Shown one piece after another: positions 37,565-51,653 of a stretch of DNA of 64,000 nt. A model generated the notes under the pieces. The model did not search any database. It had not been told where the DNA came from and saw only the letters and a program-made list of their open reading frames with translations. Origin of the DNA: Dictyostelium discoideum (Eukaryota); NCBI GenBank assembly GCA_000004695.1, contig CM000155.2:2784001-2848000 (forward strand), given 5' to 3'. The position numbers were made by a program, and so were the translations under genes. The first letter of the stretch is position 1; every line of letters starts with the position of its first letter.

Positions 37565-38045
37565 AAAAATAAAATAAAAATATAACACATATAACGGTTA
37601 AAAAAATAAAAACATTATATTAATAAACCTCATTAATACCTAATTAAATTCGTACAATTTTCGATTAGGGTAAGTTATGATTCTTTGGTTTTTTAGAAAT
37701 AAAAAAAAAAAAAAAAAATAAATAAAATAAAAAAAAAAAAATAATTTAAAAAAAAAAAAAAAAAGTAGTTAGTTCAGAAAGTATTTTTTACAATAAAATA
37801 AGAAAAAGAAAAAAAACCTCAACTAACTTCCAAAATAATTTATTCATTTAAATATATTTAAATTTAAATTTCTTTTTTTTTTTTTTTTTTTTTTTTAAAA
37901 AATTAATTTTTATTTTTATTATTATTATTTTTTATTTTACTTTATTTTCATATGGAATTAAAAGATATTCAAAAACAAATAAACTCTTTATTTATAGAAA
38001 AAAATTTTATAAAATTTAATAATATATTTAATAATCCATTTTTTT

Positions 38046-38081
<36 letters not shown>

Positions 38082-38105
38082 ATAATAAAAAATAATAATT
38101 AAAAA

Positions 38106-40254
38106 ATGCAAAAAATAATTTATCTATCAATAGTATTATTGGTAGTTTCATTATTTTTAATATCGATTGGTTTTTCATCACCAACACTTTTTAATAATAA
38201 TAATAATAATAATAATAACGAAAATGAAAATAATAAATTATTAAATAATAATGTCAATAAAGAAATTAATAATATTATAAATAAAGGTTATCAAAAAATG
38301 GTAGATGGATTGAAATTAAAAAGTCAATTTCACTACAATGAAGATAAATATATGAAAAGAGCAATGGAAAAACAACAACATAATCCACTTGGTTATAAAT
38401 GCCAACATGATTCAATTGTTCAAAAGAGAATAAATAAATTAAAATTAAAATCCGCCGACGATAATAATAATGGTGAAAATTTAAAAACTAAAACCGTTAC
38501 TGAAAAATTAGTTAAAGATGCCAAAGCATTGGAAGCAAGTGCAACTACTGTATCTGCAACAACAGCAAGTCAACCAATTCGTTTCCAATTTGATACAAGT
38601 TATATCACTGGTACAAAAGATAAATATGCATGTCATAATGTTGGTGATGTAATTTCAGTTGGTTTTTCATCTGGTGCAACTAAACCATGTGAGCCAGATG
38701 GTTCAGTTGAAGTTTGTTTATATACATGTACTGAAGCAGATATACAAACCACTCAACTTCAAAATTTTTATAAAAACAATATCATTGAAACTATTAAAGA
38801 AGTTTTCCAATCAAGATTATTAGTCAGAAATCCACAAAACTCTTTTACTTTTAATCCAGCTGCAACCGATGGTACTTGTGATTATGGTGTTCCAATTCCT
38901 GATAGTTATTATACCGATGGTATTGAAAATACTGATATTTATGTTTGGGTAACTTCAAGACCAACTTCTTCAAATAGTAAGTTTATTATTATTATTATTA
39001 TTTAAAAATAATATATATGGGATATTAATTTTTTTATTTTTATTTTTTTTATTTATTTTTTATTTTTTTTTAATAGATACAATTGCATATGCATTTGCAT
39101 GTGATTATGATACAACAAATAATATTTTAGGTAGACCAAGAGCAGCATCAATTAATTTTAATCCAATATATTTTTCACCATTTATTGGAGCAGAGAATTC
39201 AATTTCATTTAATGAATATGTTAGAGTTGGTATACATGAGATGACACATGCATTAGGATTTTCATCATCATTTTTCGATTCATTTGTTAAACCAAATACA
39301 GCAGATGTAATTAGAGATGGTACTGGAGCTGCTGAAAATTTTAAATTCTCTGGAAAAACACCAAGTGGTGAAAGTTATTCAGTGACTAAATCTGCGATTT
39401 ATTCGGATCATGTTGTAAACTTTGCCAAACAACATTATGGTTGTAATGATTTGAAACATCAAGAACTTGAAGATTTCGGTGGTTCAGGTACAGCTGGTAG
39501 TCATTGGGAAGCCAGAACCGCCGGTGAAGAGTATATGTTGGGTTTTGTCAGTCCAGTGATGCCAATTACCGATTTATCATTCAATTTGTTATTGGACTCT
39601 GGTTGGTACGAAATTGTGACCAACTCTAGTGAACCATTAATTTGGGGCAAAGGATTAGGTTGTGATTTTGTCCAAAAGCCATGTTCTACAAGTACATGGA
39701 ATTACCAAGGTTACTTTTGCACTGAAAATGGTGCCTCCTCTTGTACCGGTACAAGAATGGGTAAAGGTGTTTGTAGAATAGTTACAGGTCAAAACGAATG
39801 GTTGCCACAATACCAACATCTTGATAATCCAAAATTGGTTGGTTATAATTTGGCAGCTGACGGTTGTCCATTCTATTCGGTTCAAGATAATAATGTATAC
39901 TGTTTTGATACATCCAAACAATCCACTGCAAACTCTCAAGTATTTGAAGAATATTGTGAAAACTGTCGTTGTTTTGAATTTAAAGATGGTAACGATGGTT
40001 CAATTCAACAATCTTGTTGGGAACAAAGATGTGGCTCAAATGGTTTACAAATTAAAATTAATAATAATTGGGTTGATTGCCCTGATTCTCAAACTATAGT
40101 CTCAAGTGGTGTAACTGTAGTTTGTCCAACTGGTTATACAATTTGTGGTGGTGATCCAAAACCAGTAATTGTAACTGGTAGTTCTGGAATTAAAATCTTA
40201 CCATATTTTATTTTAATTTCATCATTAATAATTTTAATTTATTTATTAATTTAA
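38106..40254 (+). CDS. Leishmanolysin (GP63)-like M8 zinc metallopeptidase, 2 exons, ~682 aa
   Basis: Exon 1 is 38106..38976 (signal/TM MQKIIYLSIVLLVVSLFLISIGFS, Asn-rich region, ...YACHNVGDV...). The intron 38977..39076 runs GTAAGT...AATAG. Exon 2 is 39077..40254 (DTIAYAFACDYDTTNNILGRPRAASINFNPIYF...YVRVGIHEMTHALGFSSSFFDSF...). HEMTHALGF is the M8 HExxH signature. The hydrophobic C-terminal tail ILPYFILISSLIILIYLLI could be a GPI signal or a TM segment. The 2049 nt are in frame. Confidence 0.8.
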
Positions 40255-40550
40255 AAAAAAAAAAAAAAAAAAACAAATAAAAAAAAAAAAAAAATCTATT
40301 TAAAAAAAAAAAAAAAAAAAAAAAAACAAAATTTTTTATTTTTAGCTTTATTTTTTTTTTTATCTATAAAAATAAAACTTTTTTACAACCCATAAAAAAA
40401 AAAATAAAATTTAATTTTTTTTTTTTACATTTTTTATTTTTCGTCTTTTTTTTTTTAAGTTTCATATTTTTTTATTTTTTTTTTTTTTATTTTTTTTTTT
40501 TTTTATATTATTATTTTTTTTTCTTTTAAAAATTTAAATTTATTTTTAAT

Positions 40551-42236
40551 ATGAAATTATTTATAACAATAACACCAAATTTAGAAAAATTATTACATAA
40601 TGAAATTAAAGATATTTTAAGAACAAATAAATTAACGTTACCAAAATTTCAAGTTTTTGAAGGTGGTATTGAAATTGATTTAACAAAGGATCCAAATATA
40701 AGTGAACAAGAAAAAGAATATTATTTATGGTCAATTTCAAATTGTAGTAGATTAGCAGAATCGATTAGAATTAGAGTAGGTTTATCATTTCCATGTAAAA
40801 ATTTCAGTCAATTTAATATTAATTTAGAGAAATTAGATTATAAAACCTATTTTCCAACATCATCAATCGAACCACAAGTGGCGGTTAGTTGTAATGCTTC
40901 AACATTGTATCATACAAATGCAATTAAAGAAAGATTTATTAAACATTTTAATAATTCAATAAAAGATAAAATATCAATCGATATAAATTATTCAAAATTT
41001 AAACCAATTAAAAAATTATTAAAAAATTTAAGATATAAATTAAGAAAAATTCAAAATCCTAATGATGATGAAATAATTGGTGGTGGTGATGATCATGAAA
41101 TAATTGGTGATGATGAAGAATTAAGTGAAGAAGAAATTTTAAATAGAATTGATAAATTACAAATTGAATTAGAGCAAGTTATTGGTAAGCAAAAGAATAT
41201 ACCACAAAGTAAAGTTTTTATAAGGATTGATCAAAATGTAGGACAATTATCAGTTGATGCATGTACAAGTGGTGAAGGTCAATTACTTCATAAGAGAACA
41301 TTAAATAAACATATATCAGATGCACCAATTAGGGAAACATTAGCATCTGCAATTATAATGGCAATTATTTCAAGTACTCGTAGGGTTGGTAGTGGTACCA
41401 CTGAAGGTAGTTACCTGGATTTGAATAAAACCAATATTTGGGACCCTTTCGTTGGTAGTGGAACCTTAATTCAAGAGGCTATTAGCATGCTTTTAAAAGC
41501 AAAACCATCAAGTTGCACAAACTATAAAAGGTCATTCCAATTTGAAAGATTTAAAAATCATTCAACTGAAAGATATTTAAAATATTTAGAATCAATCAAT
41601 AAACCCATTTCACCATTAATTAAAAATACAATTTTAATTGGTTCCGATATTGATCAAAAAGCAATTGATTCTTCAATTTTTAATTTATCAAAACAAGGTT
41701 ATCAACATGAAAATATTAAATTTTTTAAGGGTGATTTTAAATCAATTTATTTAGATCAAATTAATATTGATAATAGTTTAGATGATGATGGTGATAATAA
41801 TAATAACAAACCATTTACAATTATTACAAATTTACCATACGGTACTAGAGTTTTAAATAGAAATCAACCACAACAACAACAAAATCAACCAATTCAACCA
41901 AAAGCAACAAAAATTAAAGAAGGAGAAAATTATTATGAAGATGACGATGATGATGATTTCTTTTCAATTAGAAGTCCAAAAAAAGATAATGTTAATATTT
42001 ATTTAAATAATAGTATCTCAAAAGATTTAAGAGATTTATTTAAAAGATTTGGTGATATGATTCATGAATCTAATGAATCAGTTTTAAGAGATGTTTTCGT
42101 ATTAAATGGTAATAGTCATTTTCAATCAATTTCAACAAATAATGGTAAAAATAATTTTGAATGGGAAAGAATTTTAAATTTTAGAAATGGTGGTTTAACT
42201 GTTGAATTATTAAAAATGGTTAAAAAACCAAATTAA
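40551..42236 (+). CDS. THUMP-domain RNA methyltransferase (Trm14/THUMPD2/3-like, SAM-dependent), 561 aa
   Basis: Single ORF. The N-terminal region is THUMP-like. Motif I reads IWDPFVGSGTLIQEA and motif IV reads ITNLPYG(TR), the N6-adenine/m2G-type DPPY-like catalytic motif. Acidic low-complexity insertions are present. Confidence 0.75.
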   Translation: MKLFITITPNLEKLLHNEIKDILRTNKLTLPKFQVFEGGIEIDLTKDPNISEQEKEYYLWSISNCSRLAESIRIRVGLSFPCKNFSQFNINLEKLDYKTYFPTSSIEPQVAVSCNASTLYHTNAIKERFIKHFNNSIKDKISIDINYSKFKPIKKLLKNLRYKLRKIQNPNDDEIIGGGDDHEIIGDDEELSEEEILNRIDKLQIELEQVIGKQKNIPQSKVFIRIDQNVGQLSVDACTSGEGQLLHKRTLNKHISDAPIRETLASAIIMAIISSTRRVGSGTTEGSYLDLNKTNIWDPFVGSGTLIQEAISMLLKAKPSSCTNYKRSFQFERFKNHSTERYLKYLESINKPISPLIKNTILIGSDIDQKAIDSSIFNLSKQGYQHENIKFFKGDFKSIYLDQINIDNSLDDDGDNNNNKPFTIITNLPYGTRVLNRNQPQQQQNQPIQPKATKIKEGENYYEDDDDDDFFSIRSPKKDNVNIYLNNSISKDLRDLFKRFGDMIHESNESVLRDVFVLNGNSHFQSISTNNGKNNFEWERILNFRNGGLTVELLKMVKKPN

Positions 42237-42520
42237 ATAAAATAAAATTAAATTAAATAAAATTAAATAAAATAAAATAATTAAATACATAAAAATTAAT
42301 TTTTTTTTTTTTTTCTTTTATTATTTTTATTTAATTTATAACTTAACCCATGGGATTTAGTTTTTTTTTTTTATTTTTTTTTTTTTTTTTTAAAAAAATA
42401 AAATTCTTTGATTAAAATAAATATAAAATTAAACAACAAATGCTCTAAAAATAATAATTACTTTTATTTAGATTTTTCTATTAACATTTTTCCAAATTTT
42501 AAATTCTTTGAATGTGTTAA

Positions 42521-42551
<31 letters not shown>

Positions 42552-42650
42552 ATTTAAATTGTTTTTTTTTTTTTTTTTTTCATTAATACAAACCCCACAC
42601 ACACATTAATTATTTTATAATATAGTTTTTTAATATAAAAAAAAAAAAAA

Positions 42651-43580
42651 ATGTCAAATAGAAATAGTTTAAGTTTAAATATTAGTTGTGATAAATTATT
42701 AAATTTAAATCAAAAGAAAATACCAAATCTTGAAACTTATTGTTTGGATTATGTATTATCAAAACTTGATTTATTTAATATTGAACAACAATATACAAAT
42801 GATATTAAAGAGAAATTATTACAAAGAATGTTAAGTTTATATCAAAATAAATTTACAATTAAAAATATACCACAACCACAACCAACAATACAAAGAGTTG
42901 AACAATTAATAAATTTTGAAACAACATCACATTTAGATTTATCATCAATTAATATGAATAAATATATACTTGGTAATAATAATAATAATAATAATAATAT
43001 AAATAATAATAATAATAATTTAATAAATTCTTTTTCATTTTTAAGTAAATGTAAAAAATTAACAAATTTAACAATGTCTGGTCAATCGACAATAACATCA
43101 GATAAATTATTACCAATATTAGAAATGGTTGGACATTCATTACAAAGATTAGATTTAAGTAAATGTCCAAGATTAAATGATACAATAATTCATTATATTT
43201 CATTTTATTGTCCTAATTTAGAATATTTAAACCTTGAAGATTGTATCGGTATATCTGGTGCAGTTTTTCAACGAGCTTCGACTTATGATATTAAAAATAA
43301 AAATAATATAATAATTAAATTAACCACAAATAGTAATAATAATAATAATAATAATTATAATAATAATAATAATGATAATAATAATAACAATAATAATAAT
43401 ATTTCACCAAATAATAGTCAAAATAATTTAAATAATTTAACATCAACATCAACATCAACAATAATAACACCAGTATTTATGAATAAAATGTTAAATTTAA
43501 TTGAATTAAATTTATCAGGATGTAAAAGTATAAATCCAAAGAATTTATATTGTTTAAAGACAGCATTTCCATCATTAAAA
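42651..43580 (+). CDS. Leucine-rich-repeat (cysteine-containing LRR type, FBXL/AMN1-like) protein, 3'-truncated by gap
   Basis: It has repeats such as LQRLDLSKCPRLNDTIIHYISFYCPNLEYLNLEDCIGISGAVF and LIELNLSGCKSINPKNLYCLKTAFPSLK. The ORF runs straight into the N-gap at 43581, and the sequence after the gap is low quality. Confidence 0.6.
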
Positions 43581-43680
43581 NNNNNNNNNNNNNNNNNNNN
43601 NNNNNNNNNNNNNNNNNNNNNNNNNNNNNNNNNNNNNNNNNNNNNNNNNNNNNNNNNNNNNNNNNNNNNNNNNNNNNNNN
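43581..43680. other. Assembly gap (100 N)
   Basis: A run of 100 n. The roughly 500 nt to its right (43681-44200) contains C7/G7 runs and looks like low-quality sequence. Confidence 0.99.
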
Positions 43681-44430
43681 TATTAATATTGGCGAAAAAA
43701 AATTCTGATTTGCTTCTTTTTTTTTTTCAAGTGTGTCCCATTTATTTTTTTTTTCTTTTTGGAAGGGAAGTTTTTTTTTCCCAGGCCAAAAAAAAAGTTT
43801 TGGAAAAAAAAAAAGGCTGGAAATTCCCCTTGGAAATTTTTCCAATTGGGGGAAATGTGGAATTAGTTTTTTTTTTTTTTTTTTTTGGGTCCTTTTACCC
43901 CCCAAAAAAAAAAAAAATATTAAAAATTTTTTAAATGGTTTCCCGGTTAATTTTAATAAAAAATAATTGAATTTTTTTTTTTTATTAAATTTTATGGGGA
44001 AAAAAAAAAAAAAATTTTTTTCTGTTCAAAAAAATTAATTAATTAATTAAATTTTAATTAAAAAACCCCCCCCTTTAAATGGTTTTTTAAAAAAAAAAAA
44101 AAAAAGAAGGGAAATCCAATCAAAACAAAACCCCCCCTCAACCCACATTTTTACTCTTTTTTTATGTAATTATAATTTTTTTTAAAAATAAATTTTAAGC
44201 ATATATATATATAACATACCACACATTAATTTTAATTCCATTGATCAATAATATTTTTTATTGATGACGAATAATATGAAAAAAGATGGCATAATTAAAA
44301 CAATATAACAACAAAAAATTATTATTTTTTTTTTATATTTTAATTTAATTTTATTTTATTTTTTTTTATTATATTTTTTATTATTCATTTAATTTTTTTT
44401 TTTTTATTTTATTTTTTTTTTGGGTATTTA

Positions 44431-44462
<32 letters not shown>

Positions 44463-44733
44463 TCAAATTTTTATTTGTCAAATGTCGGAATGAATTATTA
44501 AGGTATTAAATAGTAATAATTTTAATATTGTAATTCTCAATATCTAAACAATTTTATTATTATTTATTTTTTTTTTATAAAAAAAGTTTTATAATTTCTT
44601 TTTTTTTTTTTTTTTTCAAAATAAATTCCTTTGCTATAAAATTTTCCTATTTTTTTATAAAAAAAAATTATTTATTATATCTAAATTAATTTATAGTAAA
44701 CTTTTTTTTTTTATTTTTTTAAAAAAAAAAAAA

Positions 44734-45773
44734 ATGGATCATCAAAAATTAAATTATTTAATTATAATTATTTTATTATTTTTAACTACTTTTATATATT
44801 TTGGAAACTCAAGTCTTTTAAAAATTGAAGATATAAGGGAAAATAATAATTATAATTATATTTTTTATATAAATCCAAATATAGTAAATAATGATAATAA
44901 AATCAATAATAATAATATAAATAAAAATAAATTTTGTGGAATTAATATAAATAATAGTTGTTCAACAATTAGTAGTGCAATAAATTCATTTAAACAACAA
45001 ATTTTAGATGTTAACCATAAATATCAATCATTAACATTATTATTAATGGATGGTATATATAATTTAAATCAAGAAAATGGTTCCGAAATTACCATTATTG
45101 GAATGAATTTAACAATCAAACCTTTTAATTTTAAAAACCCAAATATAATAATAAAGGGTTCAATTAATAATAAAAATAAAAATAATAATCTTTTTACAAT
45201 AATAAATAATAAAGATAATATAAATAGTAATATAAAATTAATAAATTTAAAATTTCAACAAATAAAATCTACAACTTTAATAAATTATCAAATTGATTCA
45301 AATAAAAATAATAATAACGAAAATATAATTATTTTAAATAATATTGAAATTATTGATTCAAATAATATTATAATTGTTTCAAATTTAGTTGGATCAAAAC
45401 TTTTTATATCAGATCTTTATTTAAAAAATAATAGTGATAATAATAATAATAATAATAATTATAATAATTATAATAATTCTTTAATTAATTTACAATCTTC
45501 AAAATTATTTTTAAATAATACCATTTTAGAAAATAACGAGTTTTCAAATTGTATTTATGATAATTCAAATTCAACAATTGAAATTAATAATAATTTTATT
45601 TTAAGTAAAAATAATAATAATAATAATAATAATAATTTCTTATTTTGTAAAACAAGTTGCTTAATTAAAATAAATAAAAATGAAAATGAAAATAATAATT
45701 TAAAACAATTAGTTATCGAATCAACTAAATCAAAAAATTTATCAAAAATTATTATTTGTGATATATCTAAATT

Positions 45774-45812
<39 letters not shown>

Positions 45813-46125
45813 AACAAAAAAACAAGAAGAAGATTATAAATGTGAAATTGAAATTATTTCACCAATTTTAAAAGAAGAAATTATTACTACTGATAAAAAA
45901 AAAAATTATGGTAAGAGTGATGATACTAGTGATGAGTCTAGTGATGGTGGTAATAGTCAAGAAAAACAATTTATGAAATCATTGGAAATATTTGTAGTGT
46001 GTATTGGTTTAATTATTGGTTTTGCAATGATTGTATCAGCAATTTATTATTTAAATAAATGTTATTTAAAATATCATCCTGATTATTATTCAGAATATAA
46101 TTACGATATTATTCCAGATTTATAA
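44734..46125 (+). CDS. Lineage-specific type-I membrane protein (signal peptide, Asn-rich ectodomain, poly-Thr stalk, one C-terminal TM), 463 aa
   Basis: N-terminal hydrophobic segment LIIIILLFLTTFIYF. Many N-x-S/T sequons. A T13 run. TM segment IFVVCIGLIIGFAMIVSAIYYL followed by a short cytoplasmic tail. I recognise no conserved catalytic motif. Confidence 0.55.
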
Positions 46126-46402
46126 TAATTATAAAAAAGAAAAAAAAAAAAAAAAAACTTAGAAAAATTAAAATTTAATAAATAAAAAAAAAAAAATTTT
46201 TTTAAAAAAAAAAATATCAGTTTTTTTAATTTAATTTCTTTATCAAAAAAAAAATAATAAAAATTCTTTTTTTTAAAAAAAAAGTAATTAACACGTCACT
46301 TTAAATGACATTATCATTTTTTTTTTTTAAAAAATTTTATTTTTCATTTTTTTTTTTTTTTTTTTTTTTTTTTGGGTTGAAAAAAAAAAAAGGGGTCTTT
46401 AG

Positions 46403-46465
<63 letters not shown>

Positions 46466-46537
46466 TATTTTTTATTAAAAAATAAAAAGAAATAATAATT
46501 AATTTATTTATTTAATTAATAATAATTATAATAATAA

Positions 46538-47647
46538 ATGGAAGAAATAAATGAAGAATATGAAAGAATTAAATCATCAAAAAATAAAGAAGGTAGATTT
46601 AATAATCCATTCGGAGTTAGTGGTGTATTTCCAGGATTTTCAAAAGTAGTTAATAGAATTAAAGAGATACGTAAATTTCCAATCATACCATTAACAGAAG
46701 AAGAGAGAAGAGATATTCATCCATGTTTAAAACCAAATTTTGAATTGATTAAACAAGAATATGATTTTAAAACAACAATAAAATCAACATGGATTGGTCA
46801 TTCGACAGTGATTGTACAACTTGAAGGATTCACATTCTTGACAGACCCAGTTTGGAGTGATAGATGCTCACCATTCACATCGATTGGTCCCAAACGTCAT
46901 ACTGACCCAGCTTGTGCAATCTCTGAATTACCAAAAATTGACTTTGTTTTAATTTCACATACCCACTATGACCATTTAGATTATCAATCAGTTGTTGAAA
47001 TTTATAAATTACAAAAACCAACTTTCTACGTCCCATTAGGTATGAAACAATGGTTTTTAGATGCTGGTATATTTGATGTTTTCGAATTAGATTGGTGGGA
47101 AGAAATTAAATTTATTAAAAATGAAAATGAAAATGAAAATAAAAATGAAAATGAAAATGAAAATAAAAATGAAATAAAATTAATATATACACCAGTTAAT
47201 CATAGTTCACGTAGAGGTTTATTTGATAAAGATAAGGCACTTTGGGGTGGTTGGATAGTTCAAGGTGAATTTAGAAGATTTTGGTTCTCTGGTGATACTG
47301 CATATAATGATAAATTATTTAAAGTTATTGGTCATCATTATGGTCCATTTGATTATAGTTTAATTGCAATTGGTGCCTATGATAGAAATAGAGAAATAAT
47401 GAGAGCAAATCATATCGATCCACAAGAAGCAGTAATGATTCATCGTGAAATTAAAAGTAAACGTTCATTCGGTATACATTGGGGTACTTTTACATTAACA
47501 AATGAACCAATTTTAGAACCTCCACAATTACTATTATCAGAATCAAAAAAACAATCATTAAAAGAAAATGAATTTTTCGTTAGTAAAATTGGTGAAACTT
47601 CAATAATCAGTAATGATTTTAATCAAAATAATAATGATGTAAATTAA
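46538..47647 (+). CDS. NAPE-PLD-like metallo-beta-lactamase-fold hydrolase (N-acyl-phosphatidylethanolamine phospholipase D family), 369 aa
   Basis: It contains WIGHSTVIVQLEGFTFLTDPVWSDRCSP...GPKR...ISHTHYDHLD...WFSGDT...IAIGAY...HWGTF. This is collinear with mammalian NAPE-PLD, and the metal-binding His/Asp are conserved. It has an (NENE/K) insertion. Confidence 0.85.
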   Translation: MEEINEEYERIKSSKNKEGRFNNPFGVSGVFPGFSKVVNRIKEIRKFPIIPLTEEERRDIHPCLKPNFELIKQEYDFKTTIKSTWIGHSTVIVQLEGFTFLTDPVWSDRCSPFTSIGPKRHTDPACAISELPKIDFVLISHTHYDHLDYQSVVEIYKLQKPTFYVPLGMKQWFLDAGIFDVFELDWWEEIKFIKNENENENKNENENENKNEIKLIYTPVNHSSRRGLFDKDKALWGGWIVQGEFRRFWFSGDTAYNDKLFKVIGHHYGPFDYSLIAIGAYDRNREIMRANHIDPQEAVMIHREIKSKRSFGIHWGTFTLTNEPILEPPQLLLSESKKQSLKENEFFVSKIGETSIISNDFNQNNNDVN

Positions 47648-47682
47648 ACATTTTTGTATAATATATATATATTAATAAAATT

Positions 47683-47995
47683 TTATTTAATAATTGTTAA
47701 TAATCTTTTTGGATTATTTATTAAAATATTATTAATATCAGTATCAGAATAACCAAACTTTTTCATTCTTGGTATAATATTGAATAGAATATGAGAATAA
47801 CCATGACCACCATAACTAACCAAACGATGTTTTGTATAAATATCATGAGAGATAACAATATTTTCACCATAACCATGTTTAATTAATTGATAAATCCATT
47901 CAATTCTTTGATTATCTGATGGCATTCCAACTTCACCACCAAATGGATAATGTGAAATTTCCATACCCTATACATATATATAAATTATAATATTA

Positions 47996-48035
<40 letters not shown>

Positions 48036-48887
48036 TGTATAATTATTTTATTAATTATTTACAAATAAATCAAATTCTAAGATACAACCAGTTTTGGCAG
48101 TTTCTAGTAGAATATTAATATCATGAATTGTACGATCAATGTGACCAATGATTACTCTTGATAAGTCTGCACCGGAATCTTTTAGGATTTGGATTATTTC
48201 AAGTGGTGCAGTTTGAGATCTACCTGGGTGGATTGAAATAGAGAGTCCGGTTCTTTGTTGGGCTTTTGCTGATGCAATTAATGACTTTTTTTCATTGTTT
48301 GTTAAGGGAAATGAGCAACCTACTTCCCCGATGATACCTGCTTTAATGGATGTATCATCTATACCTATTAAACATTGTTTAACAATTTCATCTTCCATTT
48401 GTTTTTCAGTCATTGATTGAACAAATTGTGAAATTGATTTATCTAAATAGTATCCTGCACCCATTACAATATTTATATTTAATTCTTGTGATACTTTTAA
48501 ACATTGGAGTGGATCTCTACCTATACCTTTAGTTGTCACTTCAACTATTGTCGAGCCACCATTTCTTTTAAACATTTCTAATTCCCTTATTGCAATTTCC
48601 ATTTCATTTAATTGTAAATTATGTAAATTCTTATTATAATTATATTGTACCCAATGATTATTTATAAGTGATATCTTTTCATTTGATAAATCTTCAATTG
48701 TTTTATTACTATTACTATTACCACTACCACTACCACCACCTAAACAACACATTTTTAATTCTTGTTCATTTGGTTTTTCAAAATAATCCAAATAATTTAT
48801 AAATATATGTTCATGCATATGTGTTATACCTAATTCATCTTTTTCTATTAAACCTTTAATTGTTTGAATTTTACCAATTCTTTCTGT

Positions 48888-48890
<3 letters not shown>
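47683..48890 (-). CDS. Phosphotriesterase-related protein (PTER family amidohydrolase), 2 exons, 370 aa
   Basis: Exon 1 is 48063..48890 (MTERIGKIQTIKGLIEKDELGITHMHEHIF...IGEVGCS...ISIHPG...IIGHID...EFDLF). The intron 47968..48062 has a GTAAAT donor and a TATAG acceptor. Exon 2 is 47683..47967 (GMEISHYPFGG...IVISHDIYTKHRLVSYGGHGYSHI...). The metal-ligand His pairs and the carboxylated-Lys region are conserved. The 1113 nt are in frame. Confidence 0.85.
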
Positions 48891-48926
<36 letters not shown>

Positions 48927-49282
48927 TATGAGGTATGAAAATTATTAATGCAGGAAAAAAATATAAAAAAATAAAAAATTAATTAATAATTTAAATTTTA
49001 GATGCCCTAAAAAAAAAAAAATAAAAAAATAAAAAAATAAAAAATTAAAAAAAATATCTTACAAATACTTTGTATAAAATTAAATTAGTAAAAATTTGTT
49101 TAAAAAAAAAAAAAAATAAAATAAAATAAAATAAAGAAGAAAATCTTTGGAATCTAATTTTATTATTTTTAATAATTAAAAAAAGGGATTTTTTTTTTTT
49201 TTTTTTATTTTTTAAAGTAAAAAGTTTTTACATTAAAAATTGATTAGATTTTTTAAAGTTGAAATCTTAATTCTATTAAAAT

Positions 49283-49316
<34 letters not shown>

Positions 49317-49625
49317 TTTTGGCTAATTAAATTTTAAATTTTTTTTTATCCGTTAGTTTAAAAAAAAAAAAAAAAAATCTATTTTTTATTTTGCGCGTGT
49401 TTGGATAAAAATATAATTTTAAAAAAACACTTTTTCCACCAAAACAAAAAAAAAAATTTTTTTTTTTTTTATTTTCCACTTTTTTTTTTTTTCATATTCA
49501 TTTTTTTATATATATATATTTTTTTTTTTTTTACTTTATAAGGAGAAACATTTAATTATTATTCTCAATATTAAAAAATAAAATTTTTTAAAAAAAAATA
49601 TAAAAATATAAAAGAATATAAAAAA

Positions 49626-51611
49626 ATGATAAATAATAATAATAATAATTTTAATTATGAAAATAAAGAAAATCAATATAATCATACCCCTGTTAACAGA
49701 AGTAACAGTGGTGGATTTGAAAAATCAACACCATTATCACCATTATCACCTCAACCAATGATGATGTCACCAAAAACCAATGGTTCAACAAAAACACCAT
49801 TATCACCATTATCACCAAATGATAAAATGGTTTTATCACCACCAAAATCAATAAATAATAATAATAAATTAAATTTAATGGGACCACCAAGTGGAATTCC
49901 ATTAAAAAGACCAACTAGTAATTTATTTGAATATGTTTCAAAACAAATTACATCAAATTCTTTAAATTCAACTACTATTGTATTACCAACTTCAACTTCA
50001 AATGAAAATTTAAATTTATATAATAATAATAATAATAATAATGAATTTTCATTTCCAACACCACAAAGTGTACCTTCAACATCAACAACAACAACAACAC
50101 CAACAACATCAAATAATAATACACCAATACCAACACCAACATTATCAAGAAATAATACATTAAATAGAAGATCAGCACAACAACAACAAGCTAACAAAAC
50201 ATTTTCAAAAACTGGTGAAGAAGATTATTTTTCAACTAAAAAAAGAGAAGATAGAAAAAGTACTCAATTACTAAGACAAAGTAGTAAAAGAGATATGTTA
50301 ATTCAAGCTTCAAGACAATTAAATCAAAGATCATCACCACCAAAACAACAACAACAACAACAACAACAATTACAAAAACAACAAGAAGAAGAAGAATTAC
50401 AAAAACAATTAAAACAAATTAATGAAGAACAACAAAAATTATTACAAGAAAAGAAACAACAACAATTACAAGAATTTTTAATTAAAGAAAAGAAAAGAAC
50501 AGAATCTATTAAGGAGGTTTATACATCAGAGTTTGCATATATTGGTCATTTGAATACAGTGATTGATCAATATCTGCTACCATTGCGTAGAGAGTATTCT
50601 GCACCTGAAGAGGTTAGATTAATTGTATCGATCTTTTCAAATATTGAAAGTATTAGATCAATTAATAAATCCATGCTATTGGATAGGGTTGGTGAACGTA
50701 TTAGTAATATTGGTAGTTCGACAAATACAAGTTTAAATGTAATCATCTCTGATCTATTCTTGGCATTGATTCCATCGATTTCAAATATTTACATTGAATA
50801 TTATGTAAACTATTATCGTTCTTTACATAGTTTAGATTATTGGTTCAATAAATGTAAAAAGTTTAAAAAATTCTTGGATCATGATTCAATGATTTTAAAA
50901 TCATTATTAATTATGCCAATTCAACGTATTCCAAGATATTCTCTACTATTGGATGCTATCATTCGTTTTACAAATCCAACTCATCCTGATTTTCAAAATT
51001 TAAATTTGGCTTTAGAAAAAATGAAACAATTAACTGAAATTATTAATGAAAAAATTCGTCATTCTGAATTAATTCAAAGAGTTACAAATATTAGATTTAA
51101 ATTTAATGATACAATTGGTGTAAGTATTTTTTTTTTTTTTTTTAAATTTATATTTTTATTTATATTTAAAATTATTAATAAATAATTTTTTTTTTTTTAA
51201 AGTTTTTGGATCAAACACATAGAATTTTAATTAAAGATAGTGGTGATAATACACTTCAATTACAACCATTTAAATGTGTTAGTATGTATAATAGCAACAA
51301 TAATAATAATAATAATGAAAATTTAATAGAAGAAGAAGATATAAATAGTAAAGAAAGTGATGATTTAACAGATGAAGAAGAATACAATAGTGGTTTAATT
51401 TTAAATACATCTTTTAAAAGATCATTGTCTTCAATTCCTCAACAATCACAAATTAAAAAAAGTTCTAATAATAGTATTTTAAAGAAATCATCATCAATGA
51501 TTACATTAGTACCAAGTGATTGTGTACTTTATTTATTTAATGATACATTATTATTAGGTACAACTTCTCAAAATAATATAAATAATAATAATAATTTAAA
51601 TGAAGATTCAA

Positions 51612-51653
<42 letters not shown>

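Noticed and set aside
42651-42800. F-box at the N-terminus of the LRR protein
   Set aside because: The N-terminal 60 residues do not match the LPxEIL...VCKRW F-box pattern convincingly. I call it only an LRR protein.
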